Source: Lophium mytilinum
Taxonomy: Eukaryota
Length of the DNA: 22,893 bases
NCBI GenBank assembly: GCA_010093605.1
Contig: MU004197.1
Coordinates: 1,426,001-1,448,893, forward strand
Direction: 5' to 3'
How positions within the stretch are numbered: the stretch's first letter is position 1; every line of letters begins with the position of its first letter. A program made the position numbers and the translations under genes. The notes below the pieces were generated by a model that was not told the DNA's origin, ran no database searches, and saw nothing but the letters and a program-made list of their open reading frames with translations. Shown piece by piece: positions 21,098 through 22,893 of the stretch.

Positions 21098-22058
21098 TCT
21101 AGGCCTAGCTATATATAAAATTATATAGAAGTACCTAAATTAGATCTAGGCTATTAGGAATAACTCTAAATAGCGCGCCTTATTAGCTATAGTTACTATA
21201 GGCATAGAGGTAATAGTAAATAAGATTATAGATAGCGGGCTAGCATAGAATAGATATATACTAGAGGCTATAAAGTATAAGGTAGGCTTTATAGCTACCT
21301 AATACTTCTAATACTAGGGCTATAGGCACGTTACTAGATACTATAAAAAGGAGGTAGTATACGCAGCGTACATAGAAGCTTATAATATAAAATAATGCAT
21401 AGAGGAGAGTATTAGAAAGTATACTAACTATAAAAGAAGCTACCTATTATATAGTGCAGCGTGCACTATAAGAAAGAATACTTAACTAAAAGCTAATATA
21501 AAGAGATAGGTAGCACTAACCTACTATAGGGCTAATAATAGCCCTAATAATAATACTAATAATACGCCGGGTATAGTAATATTCTAATCTATAATAGAAT
21601 TATAAGCTCTTAACGCAGTAAGTAGAAAGAGAAAGGCTACTAAGAATAGTAATGTACTAGACAGTAGCACTCTAAGGAGAGTAGAACGCCTCCCTATATC
21701 TACTATATTTACCGCGCATAAGAACCTAAAATAACTAAAGATAAATAAAGTACTATAGTCTATCTATACTATATAGACTACCTAATTAATATATACTTCC
21801 TATTTAATATAGTAGCCTAACTATAATAACCTGTAGCCTTACTATAATAGCCCGCAGCCTTTCTATAGAACTCTATAGCCTACCTATAAAATACTATACT
21901 ACTCTTAGATAATAACCTATAGTAATAACGCTGGACTATTGCAATTTAATATAACTTAGGTGCTATCTACCTAGAAAAAAGAGGTAGTAAGCTATTAGCT
22001 CTATACTAAGGCTAGCCGGGCTATAATAAATAACCCTAAAGACTCTATAGATACCTAA
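21098..22058 (+). pseudogene. Tad1-like LINE ORF1 3' part with three Cys/His knuckles, RIP-mutated
   Basis: *YF*Y*GYRHVTRYY (<QCFxCQGYGHVxRHC), YAAYIEAYNIK*C and YTNYKRSYLLYSAAC at 21300-21464 give the Cx2Cx4Hx4C, Cx2Cx3Hx4C and Cx2Cx3Hx6C triplet. Confidence 0.88.
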
Positions 22059-22893
22059 TATTAGGGTAACCTAATATACTTACTATTATATAGTATAATA
22101 TTAATAAGAGCTAAGAGACCTAAAGAGAGTTTCTTAAGAAGGTAGAGGCGGCCTAGCTCTAGCTATTAGTGCTAGCTATATAAGAACTATAGAAGAATAC
22201 CTAGAAATATACCTTACTATATATAAAATTATACTACCTACTATATAAAGAAAGCCTAAAAGCTAGAATATATATATATATTAATAAGTGCCTAAACCTA
22301 GGCTAATAGACTATAGAGCACTACTTACTAGACCTTATTACCCTCTCCCTCTAGGCCGGGGGAGAGGATATTTAAATTTATAATATCTATAACCTAAAGC
22401 TATATAGAATTATAGCTATACTACCCCCTATACTATATAAGAAGGTAGAGTATATACTTATAGGTAATATAAACCTATACTACCCGTTCTAGAGAGAAAT
22501 ATAGGTAATTAGTATAAAAGAGTAAGCTAAGAAGCTTATTTGCATTATAATAGAAGCAGACCTAACCCTAGCTATAGAGGAGGGCATAGAAACGTAGGTA
22601 AGAAAAATATAGTAGACTATAATTAACCTTATATTTATATCTAAATAGCTAATAGAATATATAATATTCTATATAGTTTAAGAGGAGTAAAACTATTACT
22701 TAAACTACTGCCTTATATATATAGAATTTAATATTATACTACTACTAGTAACTAAATAGCCCCTACGCTGGCTATAGAAGAATATTATATAGAAGGATAT
22801 ATAGAAGCACCTTATAGCCTAGCTAGTTAAGCTAGAAAACTAGAATAACCCCCTAGATAATAAAGAAGAAGAAGACCTAGATAACTTTATACG
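22058..22893 (+). pseudogene. LINE ORF2 N-terminus: apurinic-like (APE) endonuclease, RIP-mutated, runs off window
   Basis: II*YNINKS (<QYNVNKS), LAI*EL* (<AIQEPW), IYNIYN, IGNINLYYPF* (<GDxNLHHPxW), TIINLIF (<TxIDL) and LNYCL (<SDH) occur in canonical order. Confidence 0.9.

Overview
This is filamentous ascomycete DNA at a gene/heterochromatin boundary. 1-3551 (+) is the 3' part of one spliced gene (four 50-51 nt introns, 1115 aa in window). It joins what the ORF track shows as five separate ORFs into: low-complexity region, vWA domain, 3x17-aa repeat, acidic/basic NLS-like patch, two atypical Zn-finger motifs and an acidic tail. The rest is mostly RIP-degraded, TpA-rich transposon sequence. 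(i) A complete minus-strand Ty1/Copia element at 3904-11837 has 174-bp LTRs, TSD CGAGG and a half-tRNAiMet PBS. Besides gag-pol it carries a ~460-codon fossil extra ORF before the 3' LTR that de-RIPs to a possible His-Asp-Cys (Ulp1/clan CE-like) protease, plus a possible ~175-codon upstream ORF. (ii) An ABCC-type NBD2 pseudogene fragment lies at ~11926-12622. (iii) A Tad1-like LINE (+, ORF1 from ~13006, ORF2 endonuclease from ~22058) is split inside ORF1 by (iv) a complete minus-strand Ty3/Gypsy chromovirus at 13887-21092 (236-bp LTRs, TSD CTATA). All transposon protein calls are read through RIP mutations by eye, and no database searches were run.
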